A stretch of DNA of 64,000 nucleotides. Source: a virus. Below are positions 45,670 to 55,286 of this stretch, piece after piece. Within the stretch, counting starts at the first letter, position 1, and each line of letters starts with the position of its first letter. The DNA lies in the IMG/VR virus record IMGVR_UViG_3300022187_000017, positions 32,001 to 96,000 of that record; one strand, 5' to 3'. Both the position numbers and the translations under genes were made by a program. The notes below the pieces were generated by a model. The model saw only the letters and a list, made by a program, of their open reading frames with translations. It was not told the DNA's origin and did not search any database.

Positions 45670-46203
45670 TTATTTATTGTCTAATTTAGTTGATAAATCT
45701 GGTATGTTTAAGAACATATACCATGCTCCCTTTGGACTCTTCCATAATGCCCATCCCATTTCCTTCAAAGTATCCTTATCCTCTCTCCATACTTCCCAGA
45801 AGGTAGGTGTAGCCTTTGCACTCCATACATCCACTGTGCATTCTAGTCTCCTATCCCATTTTCTCTTATGCTTCATCTTGGCACCAAATGCTGTAGTAGA
45901 TGGCTTAGAGTAATTCTTCAAGTTAAATGAAAAGTCCTCCTCAGTTACATCAGCTCCTAATTCCAATGCTTTCTCTAATGCTTCTTTAGGATCCTTAGAT
46001 AGATTCTGGATGAATTTCTGATGTGTATGAAGATACAAATGACCTCCAATTGAGTTAATTACCTCACTTCTCTCCATCTTCTTGATAGATCCATCTGCAT
46101 TTCTAGGTCTTAGATCTACATCTATAGTTCTCCATAGTGTATAAAATTCTGACTTATCCCCTGTTGAGATGTCCCATTCTACTTTTGTTGTTTTGTGTTC
46201 CAT
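45670..46203 (-). CDS. hypothetical protein with EFYTLW domain
   Basis: Shares motifs with 42002-42736. Confidence 0.65.
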   Translation of the reverse strand: MEHKTTKVEWDISTGDKSEFYTLWRTIDVDLRPRNADGSIKKMERSEVINSIGGHLYLHTHQKFIQNLSKDPKEALEKALELGADVTEEDFSFNLKNYSKPSTTAFGAKMKHKRKWDRRLECTVDVWSAKATPTFWEVWREDKDTLKEMGWALWKSPKGAWYMFLNIPDLSTKLDNK

Positions 46204-46214
46204 GATGTGATGTT

Positions 46215-46448
46215 TTATTTTATTGTTATTGAAATTTCTCTCTGACTATTGATTGCAGATCCAAATAATGTATCCCATTTGAAGTTATGGTTTTGCTCAT
46301 TCATGTAAATGTTGATTTCATTTTTGAATTGCTTTAGCTCTGCTATAGGTACATACATACGAAATGTTTTCTTTGCACCCCATGCCACCAAAGTTGGTAG
46401 GCCTTTCTCTATTGATTTTTTAAACTCTATTGCACTTGAATTTACCAT
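46215..46448 (-). CDS. hypothetical protein, first gene of a promoter module
   Basis: Follows the 46479 promoter. Confidence 0.55.
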   Translation of the reverse strand: MVNSSAIEFKKSIEKGLPTLVAWGAKKTFRMYVPIAELKQFKNEINIYMNEQNHNFKWDTLFGSAINSQREISITIK

Positions 46449-46478
46449 TGTGATGTTTTAATTAGATGTTTATAGGAG

Positions 46479-46509
46479 CAAATATAGTTACTATATATTT
46501 ACTGTGCAA
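46479..46509 (-). promoter_or_regulatory. Bacteroidota sigmaA-type promoter
   Basis: TTG-N20-TATATTTG (full -7 consensus). Confidence 0.8.
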
Positions 46510-46619
46510 CTTTTTTAGAACTTTTCTTCTCTTTTTCTTGTTTTTCTCTGTTTAAGCTACTGTAAGTAGCTATTATTAATAGTTAGCCTGTGAGAAAGAG
46601 TATGTTCTTTTATTAAGAG

Positions 46620-47507
46620 TTAAATAATCCCATAGGCATAGTCATATACTTCTTCATTCTTAGTATTAAATCTTCTTAGATCCAGAAACTCTGGAGACAC
46701 ATCCAGCTTATTAGGTAACTTCCTAAATGCATACCCCTGAATGAAATCATACTTCTCAAAACCAAATTTAATAAGGAACTCATGGTATTCAATTTTGTCC
46801 CCTACTCTAACCCTCTTATTTCTCCCCACAAGCAAAAATCCTGCTGCTTCCAGCCTCTTTACTAGCTCATGGGTACCAGAAGTCGATCTGATACCTAAAA
46901 GTCTCTGTAAGCCTCTATTTGAGAGTGTAATATTTGGGTTGCAAATCTTGGAAGGTTTCTCACCATCCTCAGCATTTCTAATCAATTCTATATTCTCCAG
47001 ACTCCTTTCCACCATATACGCTGTATGAGTAGATGCAAGAGAGTCTAAAAACTCTCTCTTTGTTGCACCTCTGCGATTCCTGTAGTTACGTTGGTAGACT
47101 CTATCCTTCAAAACAGTCTGACTAGCTGCCTTTCCTTGCTTAATTAAATTCCTTCTTACTTCATGAAATGCTGAGAGATCTGTAGCTCTCATATTCTCAT
47201 CCAGCTTACCTTGATCCCAATGCTTATATCTTAGCTTGAGTTTAGCAAATAAACGATCATATGAGCATAACCTATATCCATTCCCTACCTTCTTGATCCA
47301 TTCTAGGTCAATTAGGGCAGAGATCTTTCTATAGATGGATGCTTCAGATAGGCCTATCCATTTAGTCTGCTCCAGAAGAGCATTCTTATGAATAAACCCA
47401 GTAGAATTGATAGACTTCAATTGATAGTAAAAGTCAACACTATGCCTTATCTTAGGACATTGTATTGACTGATATAAACCAATTGGAATTTTTATTTTCT
47501 CTCTCAA
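46620..47507 (-). CDS. putative DNA-binding protein with two winged-helix-like segments
   Basis: GLSEASIYRKISALIDLEWI and LSNRGLQRLLGI.S.SG..ELVKRLEAAGFL; basic. Confidence 0.5.
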   Translation of the reverse strand: MREKIKIPIGLYQSIQCPKIRHSVDFYYQLKSINSTGFIHKNALLEQTKWIGLSEASIYRKISALIDLEWIKKVGNGYRLCSYDRLFAKLKLRYKHWDQGKLDENMRATDLSAFHEVRRNLIKQGKAASQTVLKDRVYQRNYRNRRGATKREFLDSLASTHTAYMVERSLENIELIRNAEDGEKPSKICNPNITLSNRGLQRLLGIRSTSGTHELVKRLEAAGFLLVGRNKRVRVGDKIEYHEFLIKFGFEKYDFIQGYAFRKLPNKLDVSPEFLDLRRFNTKNEEVYDYAYGII

Positions 47508-47522
47508 CTCTCTTCTCTCTGT

Positions 47523-47846
47523 TTAGTGCTTCATGAACTGTACAAAATTAGTATATTTGTTATATCTATAAATTCTCCTAATAGCTGCATCTAAAAATGT
47601 CTGAAATTGCTCCTGCATCTTCCCAGTTACTAAGTAGTTTTTATGATCAATTATGAATGTTGTTACATCCTTAGCTCCTATATCATGTTGATCAGTAGAA
47701 TCCATTGCATTAGCGAATGAATACTCTCCATCTATTACCAATATTCTTCCACCTATTACGATCACACTATGACTCCAATCTACTATAGCATAAATTGATT
47801 CTAGTATATCCTGTGGAATACTGTCTGCTGTTAACTTTATCTCCAT
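47523..47846 (-). CDS. hypothetical protein
   Basis: Packed ORF. Confidence 0.55.
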   Translation of the reverse strand: MEIKLTADSIPQDILESIYAIVDWSHSVIVIGGRILVIDGEYSFANAMDSTDQHDIGAKDVTTFIIDHKNYLVTGKMQEQFQTFLDAAIRRIYRYNKYTNFVQFMKH

Positions 47847-47849
47847 ATC

Positions 47850-48374
47850 TTAAAATTTTCTTCTTCCATACTCTGCTAATAATAATGCATCCACTGCACC
47901 ATCATGTATCTTCATAGCCTTCTCTGTTTTCCTATTTGGATCCCTTAGATCTACATCAGGAAATAACCTCTTAGCAGCTATTAAACTCATTGCTTTAGTA
48001 TCAGTCTTTTTTCTACCAGATGCTGTCTTAGTTGGCTTATATTGCATAGGTACTCCCTGCCACATCTCCTTCTGCCATGTCTTGGAATGCACCAGTGTAT
48101 ATGGTATGTCAAAACATGATGCCATCACCTCCAGAATTGTTTTACCTCTGGAGAGACTCCAATTCCCAGCCTTCATTGCTCCCTGTAGAGCTTTAACATC
48201 CTCAATAATTATATGATGATTAAACCTCATTCTCATGAAGATCTTTTTAAACTCCTGCAGATCATATTCCTTCCCTATTATAGGGAATCCTAATATCTTT
48301 ATATTACCATCAGGATACATTATTGTCATGGCTCCTAACTTACCCGGATCCATTCCTACATATACTTTATTCAT
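47850..48374 (-). CDS. ruvC: RuvC-like Holliday junction resolvase
   Basis: VGMDPG..GA, IIEDV, W.K, DG.VDALLLAEY. Confidence 0.85.
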   Translation of the reverse strand: MNKVYVGMDPGKLGAMTIMYPDGNIKILGFPIIGKEYDLQEFKKIFMRMRFNHHIIIEDVKALQGAMKAGNWSLSRGKTILEVMASCFDIPYTLVHSKTWQKEMWQGVPMQYKPTKTASGRKKTDTKAMSLIAAKRLFPDVDLRDPNRKTEKAMKIHDGAVDALLLAEYGRRKF

Positions 48375-48383
48375 ACTTTCCTT

Positions 48384-48677
48384 TTAAACTCCCAATTCTA
48401 GATCATCTTCATCTAGATCTAAAAGATCTATATCTTTTTTCTCCTCCTTCACCTCATAGAATTTCTTGTGAGTATTCTTAAATCGATCTATAGACTCTGA
48501 AATACCTACCCAGTTCCATAATGACTTCAGAGAATTCATCTCTACAATCTCTCCTGCAGCTCTTCCACCTAATGTAGACACATCTGTTATGTGTATGCAT
48601 TCTGATTCAGGATTCTCCTTCTGGTATTGAAGGAAGTCCATATAATCACTGGCTATGTATACTACAGGCTTTCCCAT
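48384..48677 (-). CDS. hypothetical protein
   Basis: Packed ORF. Confidence 0.55.
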   Translation of the reverse strand: MGKPVVYIASDYMDFLQYQKENPESECIHITDVSTLGGRAAGEIVEMNSLKSLWNWVGISESIDRFKNTHKKFYEVKEEKKDIDLLDLDEDDLELGV

Positions 48678-50551
48678 ACTGATACTCCTTTATCTTCTTT
48701 TGTTACTCTTACAACCTTATCATGGTTCCCATTGTATACTGAATGGGTAATGATATAAATACACTTCCCTAGGTCATCTAATGACTTGAGAATGTTTGTT
48801 ATTCCTTCCTCATCAATACTCTCTACAATCTCATCTAAGAATAGGAGATTTAACCCTCCAGCTGTAGACTTTGAATTGATCTGAGACTGTAGTGCTAAGA
48901 TCCCTGCAATATCTATCCTCCCTCTTTCTCCTTGAGAGAATGGCCCTATTGATCCAATCTCTACACCATTACGATTAACTATAGTTGAGATCTTCTCACT
49001 GATGCTACCACTTTTAGTTTCCTTATATCCTGAAATAGTTACAGATATTGAAGATTTCATGGCATCTAGGTACTTATTTGTGTAGAATTCTATCACACCT
49101 ACAGTCTTATTGACTAATTGTGTCTTAAATCTATTAAAATGAGTTAGCATGTCATCATTTTTAGTGATATCCTTCTCAATTGCCTCTATATGTTTATCTA
49201 TCTCAATGATATTAGCCTCATGCCGCTTGATGACCTTCTGGATCTCTGCTGTTTTGTTGGTTATCTTAGTTTCTTCAAGATCCTTTATGGATTGAATAGA
49301 TATCTTTATAGTCTCCTTACTTGTTTTTATGGACTGATCTGCTGCAGGAATTGTTCTCTGGAATCTACTCAATTCACTCTCCAGAGTATTTAGATCCTGA
49401 TTCAAAGTCCTCTTTAGATTAGTTAGAGTAGTCTCCTTCTCATTCAATACTTTAATGTCCTCCTGATCTTCAGCTAAATATATATTCTGCTCTTCCAGTG
49501 CCTCCTTCAGCATTGGTATTGCATTCTTTACCTTTGTTAGATCCTTAGATGGATCTGATGCATTGAATTCATGCTTACATTCTGGACATTCAACCTTACC
49601 AATTAGAAGTCTATCTGCCTGAGCTGTCTTATCCTTGATCTGCTTGATCATCTCATTTACCTCATTGATACTCTCTGTGATCTCCAGCTTAGAGCTACCT
49701 ACTTGATCAATCAATCCCTGACCTGTGGCAATTCTACTCTTTAGAGTTGTGATCTTCCACCCATACTCCTTAATCTGACCTTCTGCCTGAACTTTACTGG
49801 CTGTCTGAGTAGTGATATTGAGCTCATGTTCAGCTATTGTAGCCTTTACTCTAGCAATAGCACTTTGTCTCTCTGCATTCTGATCCCTATTTTTCTCCTG
49901 CTCTAATGTATTAGTGTAGGCATTAATAGATCCTTCCTCTCTAGCTCTACTCTGATCCTCTATAGCTATCAATTTACTGAGCTCTGTACTCTTATCCTTC
50001 ACCTGCTGGACTGCTGGATCTAATAGCTCTATATTTGAGAATCTCCCTATCACTTTCTTTTTGGCTGCATCACCTCCAGAAAAGAATGACTGGAACCTCA
50101 TTTTGTCAATAAGGTAGTAGTTCATCAGATCTTCTTTTGGGATGTCTAGGAAGTCTAAGATGACCTGATTTGCATGATTAGCATCAGTTACATCTACAGG
50201 CTTTGTTCCTTCTGTAATAGTTACCTCTTGAGATTTACTTGATTTTAAGTGGAATACTCTATGAATTATCAATTGGGTATTAAGCATTGTATTTGAGAGA
50301 TGTAAAGTTACCTCCATAACCTCTTCTTCCCTTCTGATAAGATCTCTTGGTGTAGTGTCTGGCCTCATTGGTCTACCAGTGAATGAAAGTACTAATGCTT
50401 CCATGATCACTGACTTTCCTGAACCATTCCCATTCTGACCTTCATCAAATTGATTTACTCCATATATTAGAGTAGCTCCTGTTTGCAAGTCCACCTCAAG
50501 ATCTTGATAGCTCATGAGGTTTTTAATTTTCAATTTTGTTGGTGTATACAT
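48662..50551 (-). CDS. sbcC: SbcC/Rad50-like SMC ATPase
   Basis: NGSGKS Walker A, coiled coil with CPEC zinc hook, FSQGE signature, LFLDE Walker B, IITH. Confidence 0.92.
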   Translation of the reverse strand: MYTPTKLKIKNLMSYQDLEVDLQTGATLIYGVNQFDEGQNGNGSGKSVIMEALVLSFTGRPMRPDTTPRDLIRREEEVMEVTLHLSNTMLNTQLIIHRVFHLKSSKSQEVTITEGTKPVDVTDANHANQVILDFLDIPKEDLMNYYLIDKMRFQSFFSGGDAAKKKVIGRFSNIELLDPAVQQVKDKSTELSKLIAIEDQSRAREEGSINAYTNTLEQEKNRDQNAERQSAIARVKATIAEHELNITTQTASKVQAEGQIKEYGWKITTLKSRIATGQGLIDQVGSSKLEITESINEVNEMIKQIKDKTAQADRLLIGKVECPECKHEFNASDPSKDLTKVKNAIPMLKEALEEQNIYLAEDQEDIKVLNEKETTLTNLKRTLNQDLNTLESELSRFQRTIPAADQSIKTSKETIKISIQSIKDLEETKITNKTAEIQKVIKRHEANIIEIDKHIEAIEKDITKNDDMLTHFNRFKTQLVNKTVGVIEFYTNKYLDAMKSSISVTISGYKETKSGSISEKISTIVNRNGVEIGSIGPFSQGERGRIDIAGILALQSQINSKSTAGGLNLLFLDEIVESIDEEGITNILKSLDDLGKCIYIITHSVYNGNHDKVVRVTKEDKGVSVWESL

Positions 50552-50569
50552 TCGATTCTCTTTTTCGGC

Positions 50570-51541
50570 CTATAAATTTACTACTTTATTTTTAATTTCT
50601 TCTAACAATTCTGGATTATCTCTTAACAATGTCAAAACTGCATCCTGTCCCTGACCTAATTTAGTCTCATCATAACTGAACCAAGATCCTGCTCTCTTAA
50701 TAATACCAGCCTCTACCCCTAATTGAAGTACCTCCCAGACAGTATCTATACCTAGTCCATAAGTGATCACAGTCTCAGACTCTAAGAATGGAGCTGACAC
50801 TTTGTTCTTAACACATTTTAGAGCTACTATATTGGATAGCTTCTCACCATCTTTATCCTTCTTAGGATTCTTCTTTCTTACTTCCAGTCTCTGAGATGCA
50901 AAGAATTTCAATGCATTTCCTCCTGTAGTAGTTTCTGGATTCCCAAACATCACTCCTATCTTCATTCTCATTTGATTGATAAAGATGACAGTTGTACCTG
51001 TTTTCTGTGCAGAATTTGGGATCTTTCTCATAGCTTGACTCATTAATCTAGCATGCTTACCTACATTTGCATCACCCATCTCTCCCTCTAACTCACTCTT
51101 TGGTACTAATGCAGCAACTGAGTCTATTACAATAATATCCACCTCTCCAGATAATGCCATTTGATTAACTGTCTCTAGAGCCTGCTCACCATTATCTGGC
51201 TGCATAAACACTAGATTGTCAACATCTACTCCAATAGTGCCTGCCCACTCTGGATCCAATGAATGCTCCATGTCTATGAATGCTGCTACTCCTCCTGTTT
51301 TCTGAACCTCAGCAATGGTATGAAGAGTTAGTGTAGTTTTACCACTGGACTCCCATCCAAAAATCTCCACTACTCTTCCTTTTGCCCATCCACCACCTAG
51401 AACATAATCTGCCTCTAGGGATCCTGTAGGGATTCTCTCTACATTCCTATCAGCATCTCCTAGCTTTACAATAGCCTTCTCACCAATGGATTTATTCAAG
51501 TTATCCATTAATGTATTTAATCCCTTCTCTGATTTGCTCAT
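50570..51541 (-). CDS. recA: recombinase RecA
   Basis: GWESSGKTT, DSVAALVPK, ARLMSQAMRK, INQMRMKIGVMFGNPETTTGGNALKF. Confidence 0.98.
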   Translation of the reverse strand: MSKSEKGLNTLMDNLNKSIGEKAIVKLGDADRNVERIPTGSLEADYVLGGGWAKGRVVEIFGWESSGKTTLTLHTIAEVQKTGGVAAFIDMEHSLDPEWAGTIGVDVDNLVFMQPDNGEQALETVNQMALSGEVDIIVIDSVAALVPKSELEGEMGDANVGKHARLMSQAMRKIPNSAQKTGTTVIFINQMRMKIGVMFGNPETTTGGNALKFFASQRLEVRKKNPKKDKDGEKLSNIVALKCVKNKVSAPFLESETVITYGLGIDTVWEVLQLGVEAGIIKRAGSWFSYDETKLGQGQDAVLTLLRDNPELLEEIKNKVVNL

Positions 51542-52584
51542 AATGTTTCCTCTAGTATTTTTTTACCTTCTTTATGAAATCCCTTTCTCTCCTCATCCTT
51601 CTCACAGTATCCATCCCACTCTTCCAGAATGGATGTCTTGGTGAATGCAGCAAAGCTATCTGCTACCTCAGCATCTACAGCTACAGTCTCAACCTTCTCT
51701 TCTTTGAAAGTAACCTTGATCCCCTTTGATTCTATTAGAGACTTAGGTACATTCTTGAATTTATCCTTAGATCCTTCAAATCTAAACCTGATCTTATCCT
51801 TCACATCTGCATAGTCCTTAACCAGTTTATTGATCTTGGCCTTGGTAGTATCATTTAGATCTACATCTACAGTCAAAAATAGGCTCTCTCCCAGACTTTC
51901 CTGCTCCATTGACTCATCAGTATAGAAGTAAGTAATACCCTTATTAGTATCCTCTCCAAAGTTGTTCTGGAGTAGAGATCCTATATAGGTAATATTACCA
52001 AATTCCTGCTTATCATGGTAATGACCAACTAAAACTTTACCAAATTTCTTGAAGGTATCTCTAGGTAGTGTCTCACTTACCTCAGATCCATCATTATTTC
52101 TAACCCCATCAATAGATAAGTGAGTTAATAATACACTCTTCCTTGGAATTCCTATTTTATTTAATTCCTCCAAATATGGAAGGAGTGCATCCTTCTCCCT
52201 GAAGTATGGTAGTTGGAATACTGTCCATCCTGTATCCAATGTAATCTGACCTATACCTGTCTCTAGATCCATAGCTGGATGCCATCTGTATATATCTAGG
52301 TATGAATTCTTGGATGTGTAATCGATCTTATCATGATTACCCGGGATGCACATCAGAGTAACACTCTTATTATGTGCATAGTCCAAGATCCTAGTAAAGG
52401 CCTGCATTGTATTGAATGACTGAGTTTTCCTATCTGTAAAGATATCACCTATAACAAATAGTAGAGTAGATCCCTTCTCAACTGTCTTATCGATACTCAG
52501 CCTCATAGCAGCCTCTACCTCAGAGATATTTTTATCTGAGAGGTGAGGATCTGCTACTACTGAGAATGCTAGTTTCTTCTCCAT
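51538..52584 (-). CDS. sbcD: SbcD/Mre11-like nuclease
   Basis: ADPH, GDIF, GNHD, GHYH, YIGS..Q.NFGE. Confidence 0.9.
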   Translation of the reverse strand: MEKKLAFSVVADPHLSDKNISEVEAAMRLSIDKTVEKGSTLLFVIGDIFTDRKTQSFNTMQAFTRILDYAHNKSVTLMCIPGNHDKIDYTSKNSYLDIYRWHPAMDLETGIGQITLDTGWTVFQLPYFREKDALLPYLEELNKIGIPRKSVLLTHLSIDGVRNNDGSEVSETLPRDTFKKFGKVLVGHYHDKQEFGNITYIGSLLQNNFGEDTNKGITYFYTDESMEQESLGESLFLTVDVDLNDTTKAKINKLVKDYADVKDKIRFRFEGSKDKFKNVPKSLIESKGIKVTFKEEKVETVAVDAEVADSFAAFTKTSILEEWDGYCEKDEERKGFHKEGKKILEETL

Positions 52585-53981
52585 TAGAATGCATCTGATA
52601 TTTTATTCTGTACTCCTCTTCTGGATCTTCTGCTTACTGCAGGAGTCTCATCTACTGGCTGCTCTGCTGCAGGAGTTTCCTGATCAGGCACTTCCTCAAA
52701 TGGAGTGTAATCCTCTCCTTTAGCCTCTGCCTTTAATAGATCCTCCTCATTTCTGATGAAGGCTCTGATCATATCATCTGTATGATCTGCTGTCACCAAT
52801 ATATTCAAAGAATTAGCCTGAGAATAGGCAAGTAGCTCACTTCTATCCATGAGACTCAGCTTGTCATTATCATCATCAAAGATAGCTGGATCTACCATAG
52901 GTCTTGTTACTTTCTTCTCTTCCACAATTGGAGCTGTAGTAGTTGCAGCAGCTCTTCTTCTTCTATTTGCTGCTGGATCTTCTTCTTTAGTCTCTACACC
53001 TGCAAATGGATCTGCTGCCTCTACTTTGGCCTTCTCTGCCTTAGATCCTGCTCTTACGATCATTGGCTCATTTACATCTGCTGGATAGTATCCAGAAATC
53101 TCCTTAACAATTGTCTGGAAGGTAGGATCTGCCATGATACCAAAATTATGCTTTGCATCAAATCTGGTTAATCCTTCAATGGCCATATTGAAGTCTAATC
53201 TTCTGTAGGATCCAACATATCTCTCAGCCAATGGACTCTGATCTTCTAACCATTGAAGATCTTCCTCTGACCATGGGATACTAACCTCATTATCCAATGA
53301 TACTGCATACTTATCATTTGGATCCTTCTTACTATCATACTCCAGAACTAATACAGCTCCTGTATCAATATCTGTAAAAGGATTAGTAACTGTCACCTTA
53401 CTTCTACGATCCTGAGCTGCTGCCAGTGAATCCATTTTCTTCCCTACTGAATAAGGGAACTCAAATACTCCCTTCTCAATACTAGCAGGTGCATCTCCTG
53501 CATCATTCCATGTAATAATACCTCCATACCCAGTCCATTTGAACTCTCCAGAGATACCAGTCTTAAAATATCTGATAGGCTTCATTACTTCCTTCACCTT
53601 CTTACCAAAATCCTGCTTAGAGATATCCATCTTCTTGATCTTATCTATCTCTCTTCTCTCATAGAATGCTATATACTCATCAATTACATCCTTTGGAGTT
53701 CCTCCATGAGTTCTTGAGTTGAAAATAGGCTTTCTTTCCTTGATGACCAAATTGCCATCTCTATCCTCTTCCTCAATTGGTAGCCTGTGGGTGTGTTTCA
53801 ATTGGATGAAATTTGATTCTTCATCAATTGAAGGGAATAATCTGAAGTCATTGAATCCCTCTTGGATCTTTAACCAGTTAATTCCTCCATTTCCATGGCT
53901 CATTTTTTCTTCTGCATCTTTTATCTGGCTAGATAGAGGAGATGCTTCCACTCTTTGCGAATACTTGTCTCTTAGACTCAT
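52584..53981 (-). CDS. putative ssDNA-binding protein (gp32-like) with long acidic tail
   Basis: G.N.FRLFP, D.DTG and Y.V motifs; position in the recombination operon. Confidence 0.55.
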   Translation of the reverse strand: MSLRDKYSQRVEASPLSSQIKDAEEKMSHGNGGINWLKIQEGFNDFRLFPSIDEESNFIQLKHTHRLPIEEEDRDGNLVIKERKPIFNSRTHGGTPKDVIDEYIAFYERREIDKIKKMDISKQDFGKKVKEVMKPIRYFKTGISGEFKWTGYGGIITWNDAGDAPASIEKGVFEFPYSVGKKMDSLAAAQDRRSKVTVTNPFTDIDTGAVLVLEYDSKKDPNDKYAVSLDNEVSIPWSEEDLQWLEDQSPLAERYVGSYRRLDFNMAIEGLTRFDAKHNFGIMADPTFQTIVKEISGYYPADVNEPMIVRAGSKAEKAKVEAADPFAGVETKEEDPAANRRRRAAATTTAPIVEEKKVTRPMVDPAIFDDDNDKLSLMDRSELLAYSQANSLNILVTADHTDDMIRAFIRNEEDLLKAEAKGEDYTPFEEVPDQETPAAEQPVDETPAVSRRSRRGVQNKISDAF

Positions 53982-53993
53982 TTTTCTCTCTTT

Positions 53994-54569
53994 TTAATTG
54001 TTACTTAATATACTTTTACGATTCTCAAACTTTATATAATATCCATTTACTTTACCTTCCATTATATTACTTTCAAAGTCTACTGGTTTAAGGCTTAAAT
54101 TTTCGGATAATGCGTTTAGTTTAGTACTTTTATTCTGGACTCCCCAATAGAAGGCATCCAATACAGCATGATATTTCTTCAATCTGTACATCTTACCCTT
54201 GAGAAGTATAGATGTCTTATCAGTGAATGCTGCATTATTCACCTGATCATTTGAAGGATACTTAGTTCTATCATTTACTTCAGTTATTAGAGTCTTTCTT
54301 AAACTCTCACTAATCTCAGCTAAATGCCTCTGGTAGTTTAGTCTGGCCATGTCATACTGATACTCAGCTTCTGCCTTCCAGATCCCTACTCTATTGATCA
54401 AAGTAGCAATAGTCAGCAACTCTCCATAAATATTGTTATAATCGATTGTAGTATACTCTTCTACATTCAATTCTATGTCAAACCCTGCAAAGGCTAACCT
54501 TACATTCTTGTCTTTAAATGGCACATCAATATGTTCATGCTCACCATCAAACCCTAAATTATATATCAT
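53994..54569 (-). CDS. helical protein, possible UvsY-like recombination mediator
   Basis: Coiled-coil character and position only. Confidence 0.35.
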   Translation of the reverse strand: MIYNLGFDGEHEHIDVPFKDKNVRLAFAGFDIELNVEEYTTIDYNNIYGELLTIATLINRVGIWKAEAEYQYDMARLNYQRHLAEISESLRKTLITEVNDRTKYPSNDQVNNAAFTDKTSILLKGKMYRLKKYHAVLDAFYWGVQNKSTKLNALSENLSLKPVDFESNIMEGKVNGYYIKFENRKSILSNN

Positions 54570-55225
54570 TAGTTATTTTTATCTCTATTTTTTCTCCTAG
54601 TAATGACTCCATAGACATATCCATCTGATACTGTATCATTATGAAGTCTAGAGTAGGCATCCATGATCATCTTTGGTTTAATCTCAGTGAATAGATCTAA
54701 TCCATTCTCATCAATTAGAGTATCTATGATCTTATTGATCCTTGGTTCTTTTACCTTTGTAACACCAGAGACCTTAACATTAGGCTTCTTTAAGAATGTA
54801 CTCTTCATTCCTGAAGGAATAACATCTCTGGATTTCTCTCTCTTTGGCAAATTGGAAGGTTTTAATACCTTCACTGAATTAGAGATGATAATATCCCTAA
54901 CTTGGAAATAAACTTCCTTCCTCTTTTCTAGTGAAGGAATTGCTTTAGTCTTAACATGCTTACTCACAAATGTAGTTACAGAAGTGTATAGTGCATTTGT
55001 AAGCATTTTCTCTGTAAGGTCTACATACTCCGATAAATGCTGAAATAGCAAAAATCTATTAGTATCCTCACTTATTTTATGTGTATATAATTGATTTGCT
55101 ATTGCTATCAATCCATCCTTTGAAGTTGGATTCTGGACTCTATAACCAAAGTGGATCTCTAAATAAAGTACAATTTCTGGAATTTCCTTCTCTGATAATA
55201 TTGGAGTTAGATCTTTTTTACTCAT
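54569..55225 (-). CDS. hypothetical protein
   Basis: Start moved to the ATG at 55225; promoter TTG-N19-TATATTTG at 55250-55279. Confidence 0.6.
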   Translation of the reverse strand: MSKKDLTPILSEKEIPEIVLYLEIHFGYRVQNPTSKDGLIAIANQLYTHKISEDTNRFLLFQHLSEYVDLTEKMLTNALYTSVTTFVSKHVKTKAIPSLEKRKEVYFQVRDIIISNSVKVLKPSNLPKREKSRDVIPSGMKSTFLKKPNVKVSGVTKVKEPRINKIIDTLIDENGLDLFTEIKPKMIMDAYSRLHNDTVSDGYVYGVITRRKNRDKNN

Positions 55226-55286
55226 AGATTCTCTTTTTATTTCTGGAGTCAAATATAGTGCTTATATCTGATTCCACAAAATTAAT

